The translations under genes were made by a program, and so were the position numbers. Below, piece by piece: positions 13,301 to 26,663 of a stretch of 64,000 nucleotides of DNA; position 1 is the stretch's first letter; every line of letters starts with the position of its first letter. Location: NCBI GenBank assembly GCA_964016885.1, contig OZ024744.1, forward strand, positions 129,394,001 through 129,458,000. The letters run 5' to 3'. Source of the stretch: Eledone cirrhosa (taxonomy: Eukaryota). Under the pieces are notes generated by a model. It did no database searches and had not been told where the DNA came from. It saw only the letters and a program-made list of their open reading frames with translations.

Positions 13301-14880
13301 GTTGGGGTTGAGTTAAGCTGGGGTTAAGTTAAGTTGGGGTTAAAATAAGTTGGGGTTAAGTTAAGTTGGGGTTAATTTAATTTGTGGTTAAGTTAAGTTG
13401 GGGTTAAGTTAAGTTGGGGTTGAGTTAAGCTGGGGTTAAGTTAAGTTGAGGTTAAAGTTAAGTAGGGGTTAAATTATGTTGGGGTTAAGTTAAGTTGGGG
13501 TTAAGTTAAGTTGGGGTTAAGTTAAGTTGGGGATAAGTTAAGTTGGGGATAAGTTAAGTTGGGGTTAATTAAGTTGGGTTTAAGTTAAGTTGGGGTTAAG
13601 TTAAGTTGGGGTTAAGTTAAGTTGGGGTTAAGTTAAGTTGGTTAGTTAAGTTGAGTTTAAGTTAAGTTGGGCTTAATTTAAGTTGGGGTTAAGTTAAGTT
13701 GGGGTTAAGTTAAGTTGGGGTTAAGTTAAGTTGGGGTTAAGTTAAGTTGGGGTTCAGTCAAGTTGGGGTTAAGTTAAGTTGGGGTTAAGTTGGGGTAAAA
13801 TTAAGTTGGGGTTAAGTTAAGTTGGGGTTAAGTTAAGTTGGGGTTAAGTTAAGGTGGGGTTAAGTTAAGTTGCGGTTAAGTTAAGTTGAGGTTAAGTTAA
13901 GTTGGGGTTAAGTTAAGTTGGGGTTAATTTAAGTTGGGGCTAAGTTAAGTTGGGGCTAAGTTAAGTTGGGGCTAAGTTAAGTTGGGGTTAAGTTAACTTT
14001 GGGTTAAGTTAAGTTGGGTTTGAGTTAAGTTGGGGTTAATTAAGTTGGGGTTAAGTTAAGTTGGGGTCAAGTTAAGTTGGGGTTAAGTTAAGTTGGGGTT
14101 AAGTTAAGTTGCGGTTAAGTTAAGTTGATGTTAAGTTAAGTTGGGGTTAAGTTAAGTTGGGGTTAAGTTAAGTTGGGGTTAAGTTAAGTTGCGGTTAAGT
14201 TAAGTTGATGTTAAGTTAAGTTGGGGTTAAGTTAAGTTGGGGTTAAGTTAAGTTGGGGCTAAGTTAAGTTGGGGCTAAGTTAAGTTGGGGCTAAGTTAAG
14301 TTGGGGTTAAGTTAAGGTGGGGTTAAGTTAAGTTGGGGTCAACTTAAGTTGGGGTTAAGTTATGTTGGGGTTAAGTTAAGTTGGGGTTAAGTTAAGTTGG
14401 GGTTACATTAAGTTGGGGGTAAGTTAAGTTGGTGGTAAGTTAAGTTGGGGGTAAGTTAAGATGGGGTTAAGTTAAGTTGGGGTTAATTTAATTTGGGGTT
14501 AAGTTAAGTTAGGGTTAAGTTAAGTTGGGGTTATGTTAAGTTGGGGTTAAGTTAAGTTGGGGTTAAGTTAAGTTGGGGTTCAATTAAGTTGCGGTTAATT
14601 TAAGTTGGGTTTAAGTTAAGTTGGGGTTAAGTTAAGTTGGGGTTATGTTAAGTTGGTGTTAAGTTAAGTTGGGGATAAGTTAAGTTGGGGTTAAGTTAAG
14701 TTGGGGTTAAGTTAGGTTGGTGTTAAGTTAAGTTGGCGGTAAGTTAAGTTGGGGGTAAGTTAAGTTGGTGTTAAGTTATGTTGGGGTTAAGTTAAGTTGG
14801 GGTTAAGTTAAGTTGGGTTTAAGTTAAGTTGGGGCTAAGTTAAGTTAGGGCTAAGTTAAGTTGGGGTTAAGTAAAGTTAG
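4400..14880 (+). repeat. ~2.96-2.98-kb higher-order repeat of the 16-mer, with an extra 823-bp internal duplication (ends approximate)
   Basis: Marker TCAGTCAAG at 6972, 9952, 10775 and 13754 (spacings 2980, 823, 2979). Marker TGGTGAG at 4671, 7635 and 11438 (2964, 3803). Related, rearranged copies occur at 1-4400. Confidence 0.85.
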
Positions 14881-17800
14881 GGCTAAGTTAAGTTGGGGCT
14901 GAGTTAAGTTGGGGTTAAGTTAAGTTGGGGTTGAGTTAAGTTGGGGTTAAGTTAAGTTGGGGTTAAGTTAAGTTGGGGTTAAGTTAAGTTGGGGCTGAGT
15001 TAAGTTGGGGTTACGTTAAGTTGGGGTTAAGGTAAGTTGGGGTTAAGTTAAGTTGGGGTTAAGTTAAGTTGGTGTTAAGTTAAGTTGGGGCTGAGTTAAG
15101 TTGCGGCTAAGTTAAGTTGGGTCTAAGTTAAGTTGGGGTTAAGTTAAGTTGGGGTTAAGTTAAGTTGGTGTTAAGTTAAGTTGGGGTTAAGTTAAGTTGG
15201 GGTTAATTAAGTTGGGGTTAAGTTAAGTTGGGGTTAAGTTAATTGGGGTTAAATTAAGTTAGGGTTGAGTTAAGTTGGGGTTAAGTTAAGTTGGGGTTAT
15301 ATTAAGTTGGGGTTAAGTTAAGTTGGGGTTAAGTAAAGTTGGGGTTCAGTTAAGTTGCGGTTAAGTTAAGTTGGGGTTAAGTTAAGTTAGGCTTAACTTA
15401 AGTTGGGGTTAAGTTAAGTTGGGGGAGAGTTAAGTTGGGGGTAAGTTAAGTTGGGGTTAAGTTAAGTTGGGGTTAAGTTGGGGTTAAGTTAATTTAGGGT
15501 TAAGTTAAGTTGGGGTTGAGTTAAGTTGGGGTTAAGTTAAGTGGTGGTTATGTTAAGTTGGGGTTAAGTTAAGTTGGGGTTAATTTAAATTGGGGTTAAT
15601 TTAACTTTGTGGTTAAGTTAAGTTGGGGTTAATTTAAGTTGGGGTTAAGTTAAGTTGGGGTTAATTTAATTTGTGGTTAAGTTAAGTTGGGGTTAAGTTA
15701 AGTTGGGGTTGAGTTAAGCTGGGGTTAAGTTAAGTTGGGGTTAAAATAAGTTGGGGTTAAGTTAAGTTGGGGTTGAGTTAAGTTGGGGTTGAGTTAATTC
15801 GGGGTTAAGTTAAGTTGGGGTTAACTTAAGTTGGGTTTAATTTAAGTTGGGGTTAAGTTAAGTTGGGGTTATAATTAAGTTGGGGTTAAGTTAAGTTGGG
15901 GGTAAGATAAGTTGGGGTTAGTTAAGTTGCGGTTAAGTTAAGTTGGGGTTAAGTTAAGTTGGGGTTAAGTTAAGTTGGGGTTAAGTTAAGTTGGGGTTAA
16001 TTTAAGTTGGGGTTAATTTAAGTTGGGGTAAAGTTAAGTTGGGGGTAAGTTAAGTTGGGGTTAAGTTAAGTTGGGGTTAAGTTAATTAGGGTTAAGTTAA
16101 GTTGGGGTTAAGTTAAGTTGGGGTTAAGTTAAGTTGGGGTTAAGTTAATTTGTGGTTAAGTTAAGTTGGGTTTAAGTTAAGTTGGGGTTAAGTTAAGTTG
16201 GGGATAAGTTAAGTTGAGGATAAGTTAAATTGGGGTTAATTAAGTTGGCTTTAAGTTAAGTTGGGGTTAAGTTAAGTTGGGGTTAAGTTAAGTTGGGGTT
16301 AAGTTAAGTTGGTTAGTTAAGTTGAGTTTAAGTTAAGTTGGGGTTAATTTAAGTTGGGGTTAAGTTAAGTTGGGGTTAAGTTAAGTTGGGGTTAATTTCA
16401 GTTGGGGTTCAGTTAAGTTGGGGTTAAGTTGGGGTAAAATTAAGTTGGGGTTAAGTTAAGTTGCGGTTAAGTTAAGTTGAGGTTAAGTTAAGTTGGGGTT
16501 AAGTTAAGTTGGGGTTAAGTTAAGTTGGGGCTAAGTTAAGTTGGAGCTAAATTAAGTTGGGGCTAAGGTAAGTTGGGGTTAAGTTAAGTTGGGGTTAAGT
16601 TAAGGTGGGGTTAAGTTAAGTTGGGGTTAAGTTAAGTTGGGGTTACGTTAAGTTGGGGGTAAGTTAAGTTGGTGGTAAGTTAAGTTGGGGGTAAGTTAAG
16701 ATGGGGTTAAGTTAAGTTGGGGTTAATTTAATTTGGGGTTAAGTTAAGTTAGGGTTAAGTTAAGTTGGGGTTGAGTTAAGTTGGGGTTAAGTTAAGTTGG
16801 GGTTATGTTAAGTTGGGGTTAAGTTAAGTTGGGGTTAAGTTAAGTTGGGGTTCAATTAAGTTGCGGTTAATTTAAGTTGGGGTTAAGTTAAGTTGGGGTT
16901 AAGTTAAGTTGGGGTTAAGTTAAGTTGGGGTTAAATTAAGTTGGGGTTAAATTAAGTTGGGGTTAAGTTAAGTTGGGGTTATGTTAAGTTGGTGTTAAGT
17001 TAAGTTGGGGTTAAGTTAAGTTGGGGTTAAGTTAGGTTGGTGTTAATTTAAGTTGGGGGTAAGTTAAGTTGGGGGTAAGTTAAGTTGGTGTTAAGTTAAG
17101 TTGGGGTTAAGTTAAGTTGGGGTTAAGTTAAGTTGGGGTTAAGTTAGGGTCGAGTTAAGTTGGGATTAAGTTAAGTTGGGGTTACGTTAAGTTGGGGTTA
17201 ATTTAATTTGTGGTTAAGTTAAGTTGGGATTAAGTTAAGTTGGGGTTGAGTTAAGCTGGGGTTAAGTTAAGTTGGGGTTAAAATAAGTTGGGGTTAAGTT
17301 AAGTTGGGCTTAATTTAATTTGTGGTTAATTTAAGTTGGGGTTAAGTTAAGTTGGGGTTGAGTTAAGCTGGGGTTAAGTTAAGTTGAGGTTAAAGTTAAG
17401 TAGGGGTTAAATTATGTTGGGGTTAAGTTAAGTTGGGGTTAAGTTAAGTTGGGGTTAAGTTAAGTTGGGGATAAGTTAAGTTGGGGATAAGTTAAGTTGG
17501 GGTTAATTAAGTTGGGTTTAAGTTAAGTTGGGGTTAAGTTAAGTTGGGGTTAAGTTAAGTTGGGGTTAAGTTAAGTTGGTTAGTTAAGTTGAGTTTAAGT
17601 TAAGTTGGGCTTAATTTAAGTTGGGGTTAAGTTAAGTTGGGGTTAAGTTAAGTTGGGGTTAAGTTAAGTTGGGGTTAAGTTAAGTTGGGGTTCAGTCAAG
17701 TTGGGGTTAAGTTAAGTTGGGGTTAAGTTGGGGTAAAATTAAGTTGGGGTTAAGTTAAGTTGGGGTTAAGTTAAGTTGGGGTTAAGTTAAGTTGGGGTTA

Positions 17801-20800
17801 AGTTAAGTTGCGGTTAAGTTAAGTTGAGGTTAAGTTAAGTTGGGGTTAAGTTAAGTTGGGGTTAATTTAAGTTGGGGCTAAGTTAAGTTGGGGCTAAGTT
17901 AAGTTGGGGCTAAGTTAAGTTGGGGTTAAGTTAACTTTGGGTTAAGTTAAGTTGGGTTTGAGTTAAGTTGGGGTTAATTAAGTTGGGGTTAAGTTAAGTT
18001 GGGGTTAAGTTAAGTTGGGGTTAAGTTAAGTTGGGGTTAAGTTAAGTTGCGGTTAAGTTAAGTTGATGTTAAGTTAAGTTGGGGTTAAGTTAAGTTGGGG
18101 TTAAGTTAAGTTGGGGCTAAGTTAAGTTGGGGCTAAGTTAAGTTGGGGCTAAGTTAAGTTGGGGTTAAGTTAAGGTGGTGTTAAGTTAAGTTGGGGTCAA
18201 CTTAAGTTGGGGTTAAGTTAAGTTGGGGTTAAGTTAAGTTGGGGTTAAGTTAAGTTGGGGTTACGTTAACTTGGGGGTAAGTTAAGTTGGTGGTAAGTTA
18301 AGTTGGGGGTAAGTTAAGATGGGGTTAAGTTAAGTTGGGGTTAATTTAATTTGGGGTTAAGTTAAGTTAGGGTTAATTTAAGTTGGGGTTATGTTAAGTT
18401 GGGGTTAAGTTAAGTTGGGGTTAAGTTAAGTTGGGGTTCAATTAAGTTGCGGTTAATTTAAGTTGGGTTTAAGTATAAGTTGGGGTTAAGTTAAGTTGGG
18501 GTTATGTTAAGTTGGTGTTAAGTTAAGTTGGGGATAAGTTAAGTTGGGGTTAAGTTAAGTTGGGGTTAAGTTAGGTTGGTGTTAAGTTAAGTTGGCGGTA
18601 AGTTAAGTTGGGGGTAAGTTAAGTTGGTGTTAAGTTATGTTGGGGTTAAGTTAAGTTGGGGCTAAGTTAAGTTAGGGCTAAGTTAAGTTGGGGCTGAGTT
18701 AAGTTGGGGTTAAGTTAAGTTGGGGTTGAGTTAAGTTGGGGTTAAGTTAAGTTGGGGTTAAGTAAAGTTGGGGTTAAGTTAAGTTGGGGCTGAGTTAAGT
18801 TGGGGTTACGTTAAGTTGGGGTTAAGTTAATTGGGGTTAAATTAAGTTAGGGTTGAGTTAAGTTGGGGTTAAGTTAAGTTGGGGTTATATTAAGTTGGGG
18901 TTAAGTTAAGTTGGGGTTAAGTAAAGTTGGGGTTCAGTTAAGTTGCGGTTAAGTTAAGTTGGGGTTAAGTTAAGTTAGGCTTAACTTAAGTTGGGGTTAA
19001 GTTAAGTTGGGGGAGAGTTAAGTTGGGGTTAAGTTGGGGTTAAGTTAATTTAGGGTTAAGTTAAGTTGGGGTTGAGTTAAGTTGGGGTTAAGTTAAGTGG
19101 TGGTTATGTTAAGTTGGGGTTAAGTTAAGTTGGGGTTAATTTAAATTGGGGTTAATTTAACTTTGTGGTTAAGTTAAGTTGGGGTTAAGTTAAGTTGGGG
19201 TTAAGTTAAGTTGGGGTTCAATTAAGTTGCGGTTAATTTAAGTTGGGGTTAAGTTAAGTTGGGGTTAAGTTAAGTTGGGGTTAAGTTAAGTTGGGGTTAA
19301 ATTAAGTTGGGGTTAAATTAAGTTGGGGTTAAGTTAAGTTGGGGTTATGTTAAGTTGGTGTTAAGTTAAGTTGGGGTTAAGTTAAGTTGGGGTTAAGTTA
19401 GGTTGGTGTTAATTTAAGTTGGGGGTAAGTTAAGTTGGGGGTAAGTTAAGTTGGTGTTAAGTTAAGTTGGGGTTAAGTTAAGTTGGGGTTAAGTTAAGTT
19501 GGGGTTAAGTTAGGGTCGAGTTAAGTTGGGGTTAAGTTAAGTGGGGGTTATATTAAGTTGGGGTCAAGTTAAGTTGGGGTTAAGTTAAGTTGGGGTTCAT
19601 TTAAGTTGCGGTTAAGTTAAGTTGGTGTTAAGTTAAGTTGGGGTTAAGTTAAGTTGGGGTTAAATTAAGTTGGGGTTAAGTTAAGTTGCGGTTAAGTTAA
19701 GTTGGGGTTAAATTAAGTTGGGGTTAAGTTAAGTTGGGGTTAAGTTAAGTTGGGATAAAGTTAAGTTGGTGTTAAGTTAAGTTGAGGTTAAGTTTACTTG
19801 GGGTTAAGTTAAGTTGCGGTTAAGTTAAGTTGGGGTTGAGTTAAGTTGGTGTTGAGTTAAGTTGGGGTTAATTTAAGTTGGGGTTAATTTAAGTTGGGGT
19901 TAAGCTAAGTTGGGGTTAAGTTAAATCTAGGTTAAGTTAAGTTGGGCTTAAGTTAAGTTGGGGTTAATTTAAGTTGGGGTTAAGTTAAGTTGGGTTTAAG
20001 TTAAGTTGGGGTTAAGTTAAGTTGGGGTTAAGTTAAGTTGGGGTTAATTTAAGTTGGGGTTAAGTTAAGTTGGGATTAATTTAAGTTGGAGTTAAGTTAA
20101 GTTGGGGTTAGGTTAAGTTGGGGTTAAATTAAGTTGGGGTTAAGTTAAGTTGGGGTTAAGTTAAGTTGGGCGTTAAGTTAATTTGGGGTTAAGTTAAGTT
20201 AGGGTTAAGTTAAGTTGGGGTTGAGTTAAGTTGGGGGTAAGTTAAGTTGGGGTTAAGTTAAGTTGGGGTTAAGTTAAGTTGGGGTTAAGTTAAGTTAGGC
20301 TTAACTTAAGTTGGGGTTAAGTTAAGTTGGGGGTGAGTTAAGTTGGGGGTAAGTTAAGTTGGGGTTAAGTTAAGTTGGGGTTAAGTTGGGGTTAAGTTAG
20401 GGTTAAGTTAATTTGGGGTTGAGTTAAGTTGGGGTTAAGTTAAGTGGTGGTTATGTTAAGTTGGGGTTAAGTTAAGTTTGGGTTAATTTAAATTGGGGTT
20501 AATTTAACTTTGTTGTTAAGTTAAGTTGGGGTTAATTTAAGTTGGGGTTAAGTTAAGTTGGGGTTGAGTTAAGTTGGGGTTGAGTGAAGTTGGGGTTAAG
20601 TTAAGTTGGGGTTAAATTAAGTTGGGGTTAAGTTAAGTTGGGGTTAATTTAAGTTGGGGTTAAGTTAAGTTGGGGTTAAGTTAATTTGTGGTTAAGTTAA
20701 GTTGGGGTTAAGTTAAGTTGGGGTTAAGTTAAGTTGGGGTTAAATTCAGTCGGGGTTAAGTTAAGTCGGGGTTAAGTTACGTTGGGGTTAAGTTAAGTTG

Positions 20801-23800
20801 GGGTTAAGTTAAGTTGGGGTTGAGTTAAGTTGGGGTTAAGTTAAGTTGGGGTTAAAATAAGTTGGGGTTAAGTTAAGTTGGGGTTGAGTTAAGTTGGGGT
20901 TGAGTTAATTTAGGGTTAAGTTACGTTGGGGTTAACTTAAGTTGGGTTTAATTTAAGTTGGGGTTAAGTTAAGTTGGGGTTAAATTAAGTTGGGGTTAAG
21001 TTAAGTTGGGGTTAATTTAAGTTGGGGTTAATTTAAGTTGGGGTTAAGTTAAGTTGGGGTAAAGTTAAGTTGGGGGTAAGTTAAGTTGGGATTAAGTTAA
21101 GTTGGGGTTAAATTAAGTTGGGGTTAAGTTAAGTTGGGGGTAAGATAAGTTGGGGTTAGTTAAGTTGCGGTTAAGTTAAGTTGGGGTTAAGTTAAGTTGG
21201 GGTAAAGTTAAGTTGGGGGTAAGTTAAGTTGGGGGTAAGTTAAGTTGGGGTTAATTTAAGTTAGGTCTAATTAAGTTGGGGTTAAGTTAAGTTGGGGTTA
21301 AATTAAGTTGGGGTTAAGTTAAGTTGGGGTTAAGTTAAGTTGGGGTTAAGTTAAGTTGCGGTTAAGTTAAGTTGAGGTTAAGTTAAGTAGGGGTTAAATT
21401 ATGTTGGGGTTAAGTTAAGTTCGGGTTAAGTTAAGTTGGGGTTAAGTTGAGTTGGGGATAAGTTAAGTTGGGGATAAGTTAAGTTGGGGTTAAGTTAAGT
21501 TGGGTTTAAGTTAAGTTTGGGTTAAGTTAAGTTGGGGTTAAGTTAAGTTGGGGTTAAGTTAAGTTGATTAGTTAAGTTGAGTTTAAGTTAAGTTGGGGTT
21601 AATTTAAGTTGGGGTTAAGTTAAGTTGGGGTTAAGTTAAGTTGGGGTTAAGTTAAGTTGGGGTTAAGTTAAGTTGAGGTTAAGTTAAGTTGGGGTTAAGT
21701 TAAGTTGGGGTTAAGTTAAGCTGGGGCTAAGTTAAGTTGGGGCTAAGTTAAGTTGGGGCTAAGTTAAGTTGGGGTTAAGTTAACTTTGGGTTAAGTTAAT
21801 TTGGGTTTGAGTTAAGTTGGGGTTAATTAAGTTGGGGTTAAGTTAAGTTGGGGTTAAATTAAGTTGGGGTTAAGTTAAGTTGGGGTTAAGTTAAGTTGCG
21901 GTTAAGTTAAGTTGATGTTAAGTTAATTTGGGGTTAAGTTAAGTTGGGGTTAAGTTAAGTTGGGGTTAAGTTAAGTTGGGGTTAAGTTAAGGTGGGGTTA
22001 AGTTAAGTTGGGGTCAACTTAAGTTGGGGTTAAGTTAAGTTGGGGTTAACTTAAGTTGGGGTTAAGTTAAGTTGGAGTTAATTTAAGTTGAGGTTAAGTT
22101 AAGTTGGTGTTAAGTTAAGTTATGGCTAAGTTAAGTTGGGGCTGAGTTAAGTTGGGGCTGAGTTAAGTTGGAGTTAAGTTAAGTTGGGGTTGAGTTAAGT
22201 TGCGGTTAAGTTAAGTTGGGGTTAAGTTAAGTTGGGGTTAAGTTAAGTTGGGGTTTATTTAAGTTGGGGTTCAGTTAATTTGGGGTTAAGTTAAGTTTGG
22301 GGTTAAATTAAGTTGGGGTTAAATTAAGTTGGGGTTAAGCTAAGTTGGGGTTAAGTTAAGTTGGGGTTAATTTAAGTTGGGGTTAAGTTAAGTTGGGGTT
22401 AAGTTAAGGTGGGGTTTAGTTAAGTTGTGGTTAAGTTAAGTTGGGGGTAAGTTAAGTTGGGGGTAAGTTAAGTTGGGGGTAAGTTAAGTTGGGGTTAAGT
22501 TAAGTTGGGGTTAAATTAAGTTAGGGTTAAGTTAAGTTGGGGTTGAGTTAAGTTGGGGTTAAGTTAAGTTGGGGTTATGTTAAGTTGGGGTTAAGTTAAG
22601 TTGGGGTTAAGTTAAGTTGGGGTTAAGTTAAGTTCCGGTTAAGTTAAGTTGGGGTTAAATTAAGTTGGGGTTAAGTTAAGTTGGGATTAAGTTAAGTTGG
22701 GGTTAAGTTAAGTTGGGGTTAAGTTAAGTTGGGGTTAAGTTAGATTGTTGTTAAGTTAAGTTGGGGTTAAGTTAAGTTGGGGTTAAGTTAAGTTGGGGTT
22801 AATTTAAGTTGGGGTTAAGTTAAGTCGGGGTTAAGTTGAGTTGGGGTTAAGTTAAGTTGGGGTTAAGTTAAGTTGGGGTTAAGTTAAGTTGGGGTTAAGA
22901 TAAGTTGGGGGTAAGTTAAGTTGGGGGTAAGTTAAGTTGGGGTTAATTTAAGTTAGGTCGAATTAAGTTGGTGTTAAGTTAAGTTGGGGTTAAGTTAAGT
23001 TGGGGTTAAGTTAAGTTGGGGTTAAGTTAAGTTGGGGTTATGTTAAGATGGGGTTAAGTTAAGTTGGGGTTAAGTTAAGTTGGGGTTAAGTTAAGTTGCG
23101 GTTAAGTTAAGTTCGGGTTAAGTTAATTTGGGGTTGACTTAAGTTGGGGTTAACTTAAGTTGGGATTAAGTTAAGTTGGGGTTAAGTTAAGTTGGGGTTA
23201 AATTAAGTTCGGGTTAAGTTAAGTTGGGGTTAAGTTAAGTTGGGGTTAAGTTAAGTTGGGGTTAAGTTAAGTTGGGGTTAAGTTAGGTTGGGGTTAAGTT
23301 AAGTTGGGGGTAAGTTAAGTTGGGGTTAAGTTAAGTTGGGGTTAAGTTAGGTTGGGGTTAAGTTAAGTTGGGGGTAAGTTAAGTTGGGGGTAAGTTAAGT
23401 TGGGGTTAATTTAAGTTAGGTCGAATTAAGTTAGTGTTAAGTTAAGTTGGGGTTAAGTTAAGTTGGGGTTAAGTTAAGTTGGGGTTAAGTTAAGTTGGGG
23501 TTAAGTTAAGTTGGGGGTAAGTTAAGTTGGGGTTAAGTTAAGTTGGGGTTAAGTTAAGTTAGGGTTAAGTTAAGTTGGGGTTAAGTTAAGTTGGGGTTAA
23601 GTTAAGTTGGGGTTAAGTTAAGTTGTGGTTAAGTTAAGTTGGGGTTAAATTAAGTTGGGGTTAAGTTAAGTTGGGATTAAGTTAAGTTGGGGTTAAGTTA
23701 AGTTGGGGTTAAGTTAAGTTGGGGTTAAGTTAAGTTGGGGTTAAGTTAAGTTGGGGTTAATTTAAGTTGGGGTTAATTTAAGTTGGGGTTAAGTTAAGTT

Positions 23801-26497
23801 GGGGTTAAGTTAAGTTGGGGTTATGTTAAGTTGGTGTTAAGTTAAGTTGGGGTTACGTTAAGTTGGGGGTAAGTTAAGTTGGTGGTAAGTTAAGTTGGGG
23901 GTAAGTTAAGATGGGGTTAAGTTAAGTTGGGGTTAATTTAATTTGGGGTTAAGTTAAGTTAGGGTTAAGTTAAGTTGGGGTTGAGTTAAGTCGGGGTTCA
24001 GTTAAGTTGGGGTTATGTTAAGTTGGGGTTAAGTTAAGTTGGGGTTAAGTTAAGTTGGGGTTCAATTAAGTTGCGGGTAATTTAAGTTGGGGTTAAGTTA
24101 AGTTGGGGGTACGTTAAGTTGGGGGTAAGTTAAGTTGGGGTTAAGTTAAGTTGGGGTTAAGTTAAGTCGGGGTTAATTTAAGTTGCGGTTAAGTTAAGTT
24201 GGGGTTAAGTTAAGTTGGGGTTAAGTTAAGTTGGGATTAAGTTAAGTTGGGGTTAAGTTAAGTTGGGGTTGAGTTAAGTTGGGGTTAAGTTAGATTGTTG
24301 TTAAGTTATTTTGGGGTTAAGTTAAGTTGGGGTTAAGTTAAGTTGGGGTTAATTTAAGTTGGGGTTAAGTTAAGTGGGGGTTAAGTTGAGTTGGGGTTAA
24401 GTTAAGTTGGGGTTAAGTTAAGTTGGGGTTAAGATAAGTTGGGGTTAAGTTAAGTTGGGGTTGAGTTAAGTTCGGGTTGAGTTAATTTGGGGTTAACTTA
24501 AGTTGGGGTTAACTTAAGTTGGGATTAAGTTAAGTTGGGGTTAAGTTAAGTTGGGGTTAAATTAAGTTCGGGTTAAGTTAAGTTGGGGTTAAGTTAAGTT
24601 GGGGTTAAGTTAAGTTGGGGTTAAGTTAGGTTGGGGTTAAGTTATGTTGGGGGTAAGTTAAGTTGGGGGTAAGTTAAGTTGGGGGTAAGTTAAGTTGGGG
24701 TTAAGTTAAGTTGGGGTTAGGTTAAGTTGGGGTTAAGTTAAGTTGGGGTTAAGTTAAGTTGGGGTTAAGTTAAGTTGGGGTTAAGTTAAGTTGGGGTTAC
24801 GTTAAGTTGGGGGTAAGTTAAGTTGGTGGTAAGTTAAGTTGGGGGTAAGTTAAGATGGGGTTAAGTTAAGTTGGGGTTAATTTAATTTGGGGTTAAGTTA
24901 AGTTAGGGTTAAGTTAAGTTGGGGTTGAGTTAAGTTGGGGTTAAGTTAAGTTGGGGTTATGTTAAGTTGGGGATAAGTTAAGTTGGGGTTAAGTTAAGTT
25001 GGGGTTCAATTAAGTTGCGGTTAATTTAAGTTGGGGTTAAGTTAAGTTGGGGTTAAGTTAAGTTGGGGTTAAGTTAAGTTGGGGTTAAATTAAGTTAGGG
25101 CTAAGTTAAGTTGAGGTTATGTTAAGTTGGTGTTAAGTTAAGTTGGGGTTAAGTTAAGTTGGGGTTAAGTTAAGTTGGGGTTAAGTTAAGTTGGGTTTAA
25201 GTTAAGTTGGGGCTAAGTTAAGTTGGGGTTAAGTTAAGTTGGGGTTAAGTTAAGTTGGGGTTAAGTTAGGTTGGTGTTAAGTTAAGTTGGGGGTAAGTTA
25301 AGTTGGGGGTAAGTTAAGTTGGTGTTAAGTTAAGTTAATCTTTTTACGTTTTTCTGATTTTTTGCATGTTTTGAAATTTAAAAAAAACGTAAAAAATTAA
25401 TGCTTTTACAAATATTTTGAAATATTTACTTTCTGGTTTCAAATTTTGCAAATTAAATTTTTTTCTAAAAAAATCAGTTTTCGAAATCAGAAGTTAATAT
25501 TTCGAAAAACGCAATTTAAAAAACTCATATTAATTTTTTTTCGAATGAAGTTTTTTTATGCTTTTAGAAATATTTATATCTGATTTAAAATATTGATTTT
25601 TTTAGGTTTTTCGAAATATCTTATATAATCAATTTTTTTTAGGTTTTTCGAAAAAGAATGAATTTGAGTTCATAGTCAAAATATATACTTCTGCATTAAT
25701 CTTTGATTTTTTGCATGTTTTGAAATTTAAAAAAAACGTAAAAAATTAATGCTTTTACAAATATTTTGAAATATTTACTTTCTGGTTTCAAAGTTTGCAA
25801 ATTAAATTTTTTTCGAAAAACCTAAAAAAATCAGTTTTTGAAATCAGAAGTTAATATTTCGAAAAACGCAATTTGAAAAACTCATATTAATTTTTTTTCG
25901 AATGAAGTTTTTTATACTTTTAGAAATATTTCAAATAGTGATTTTTTTAGGTTTTTCGAAATATCTTATATAATCAATTTTTTTTAGGTTTTTCGAAAAA
26001 GAATGAATTTGAGTTCATAGTCGAAATATATACTTCTGCATTAATCTTTGATTTTTTGCATGTTTTGAAATTTAAAAAAAACGTAAAAAATTAATGCTTT
26101 TACAAATATTTTGAAATATTTACTTTCTGGTTTCAAAGTTTGCAAATTAAATTTTTTTCGAAAAACCTAAAAAAATCAGTTTTTGAAATCAGAAGTTAAT
26201 ATTTCGAAAAACGCAATTTGAAAAACTCATATTAATTTTTTTTCGAATGAAGTTTTTTATACTTTTAGAAATATTTCAAATAGTGATTTTTTAGGTTTTT
26301 CGAAATATCTTATATAATCAATTTTTTTTAGGTTTTTCGAAAAAGAATGAATTTGAGTTCATAGTCGAAATATATACTTCTGCATTAATCTTTGATTTTT
26401 TGCATGTTTTGAAATTTAAAAAAAACGTAAAAAATTAATGCTTTTACAAATATTTTGAAATATTTACTTTCTGGTTTCAAAGTTTGCAAATTAAATT

Positions 26498-26663
26498 TTT
26501 TTCGAAAAACCTAAAAAAATCAGTTTTCGAAATCAGAAGTTAATATTTCGAAAAGCGCAATTTGAAAAACTCATATTAATTTTTTTTCGAATGAAGTTTT
26601 TTATACTTTTAGAAATATTTATATCTGATTTCAAATATTGATTTTTTTAGGTTTTTCGAAAAA
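26498..26663. repeat. Inverted repeat inside the ~345-bp monomer (example copy)
   Basis: TTTTTCGAAAAACCTAAAAAAATCA (26498-26522) is the exact reverse complement of TGATTTTTTTAGGTTTTTCGAAAAA (26639-26663). Imperfect pairing extends inward for about 30 more bases. Confidence 0.92.

Larger units (their letters stand above)
1..25334 (+). repeat. 16-bp G-rich tandem satellite (GGGGTTAAGTTAAGTT)n, block 1 (open at left window edge)
   Basis: Continuous head-to-tail 16-mers (roughly 1,600 by length) in one orientation. Variants include GGGGCTAA, GCGG, GAGG, GGTG and TTACATT, plus 11-, 15- and 17-bp indel monomers. Confidence 0.99.

Noticed and set aside
1-25334. Canonical telomerase-made telomere (TTAGG, TTAGGG, TTAGGC, TTGGGG)
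   Set aside because: These motifs occur only singly inside monomers or variants and never as tandem tracts, and the array is degenerate with duplicated variant patterns.
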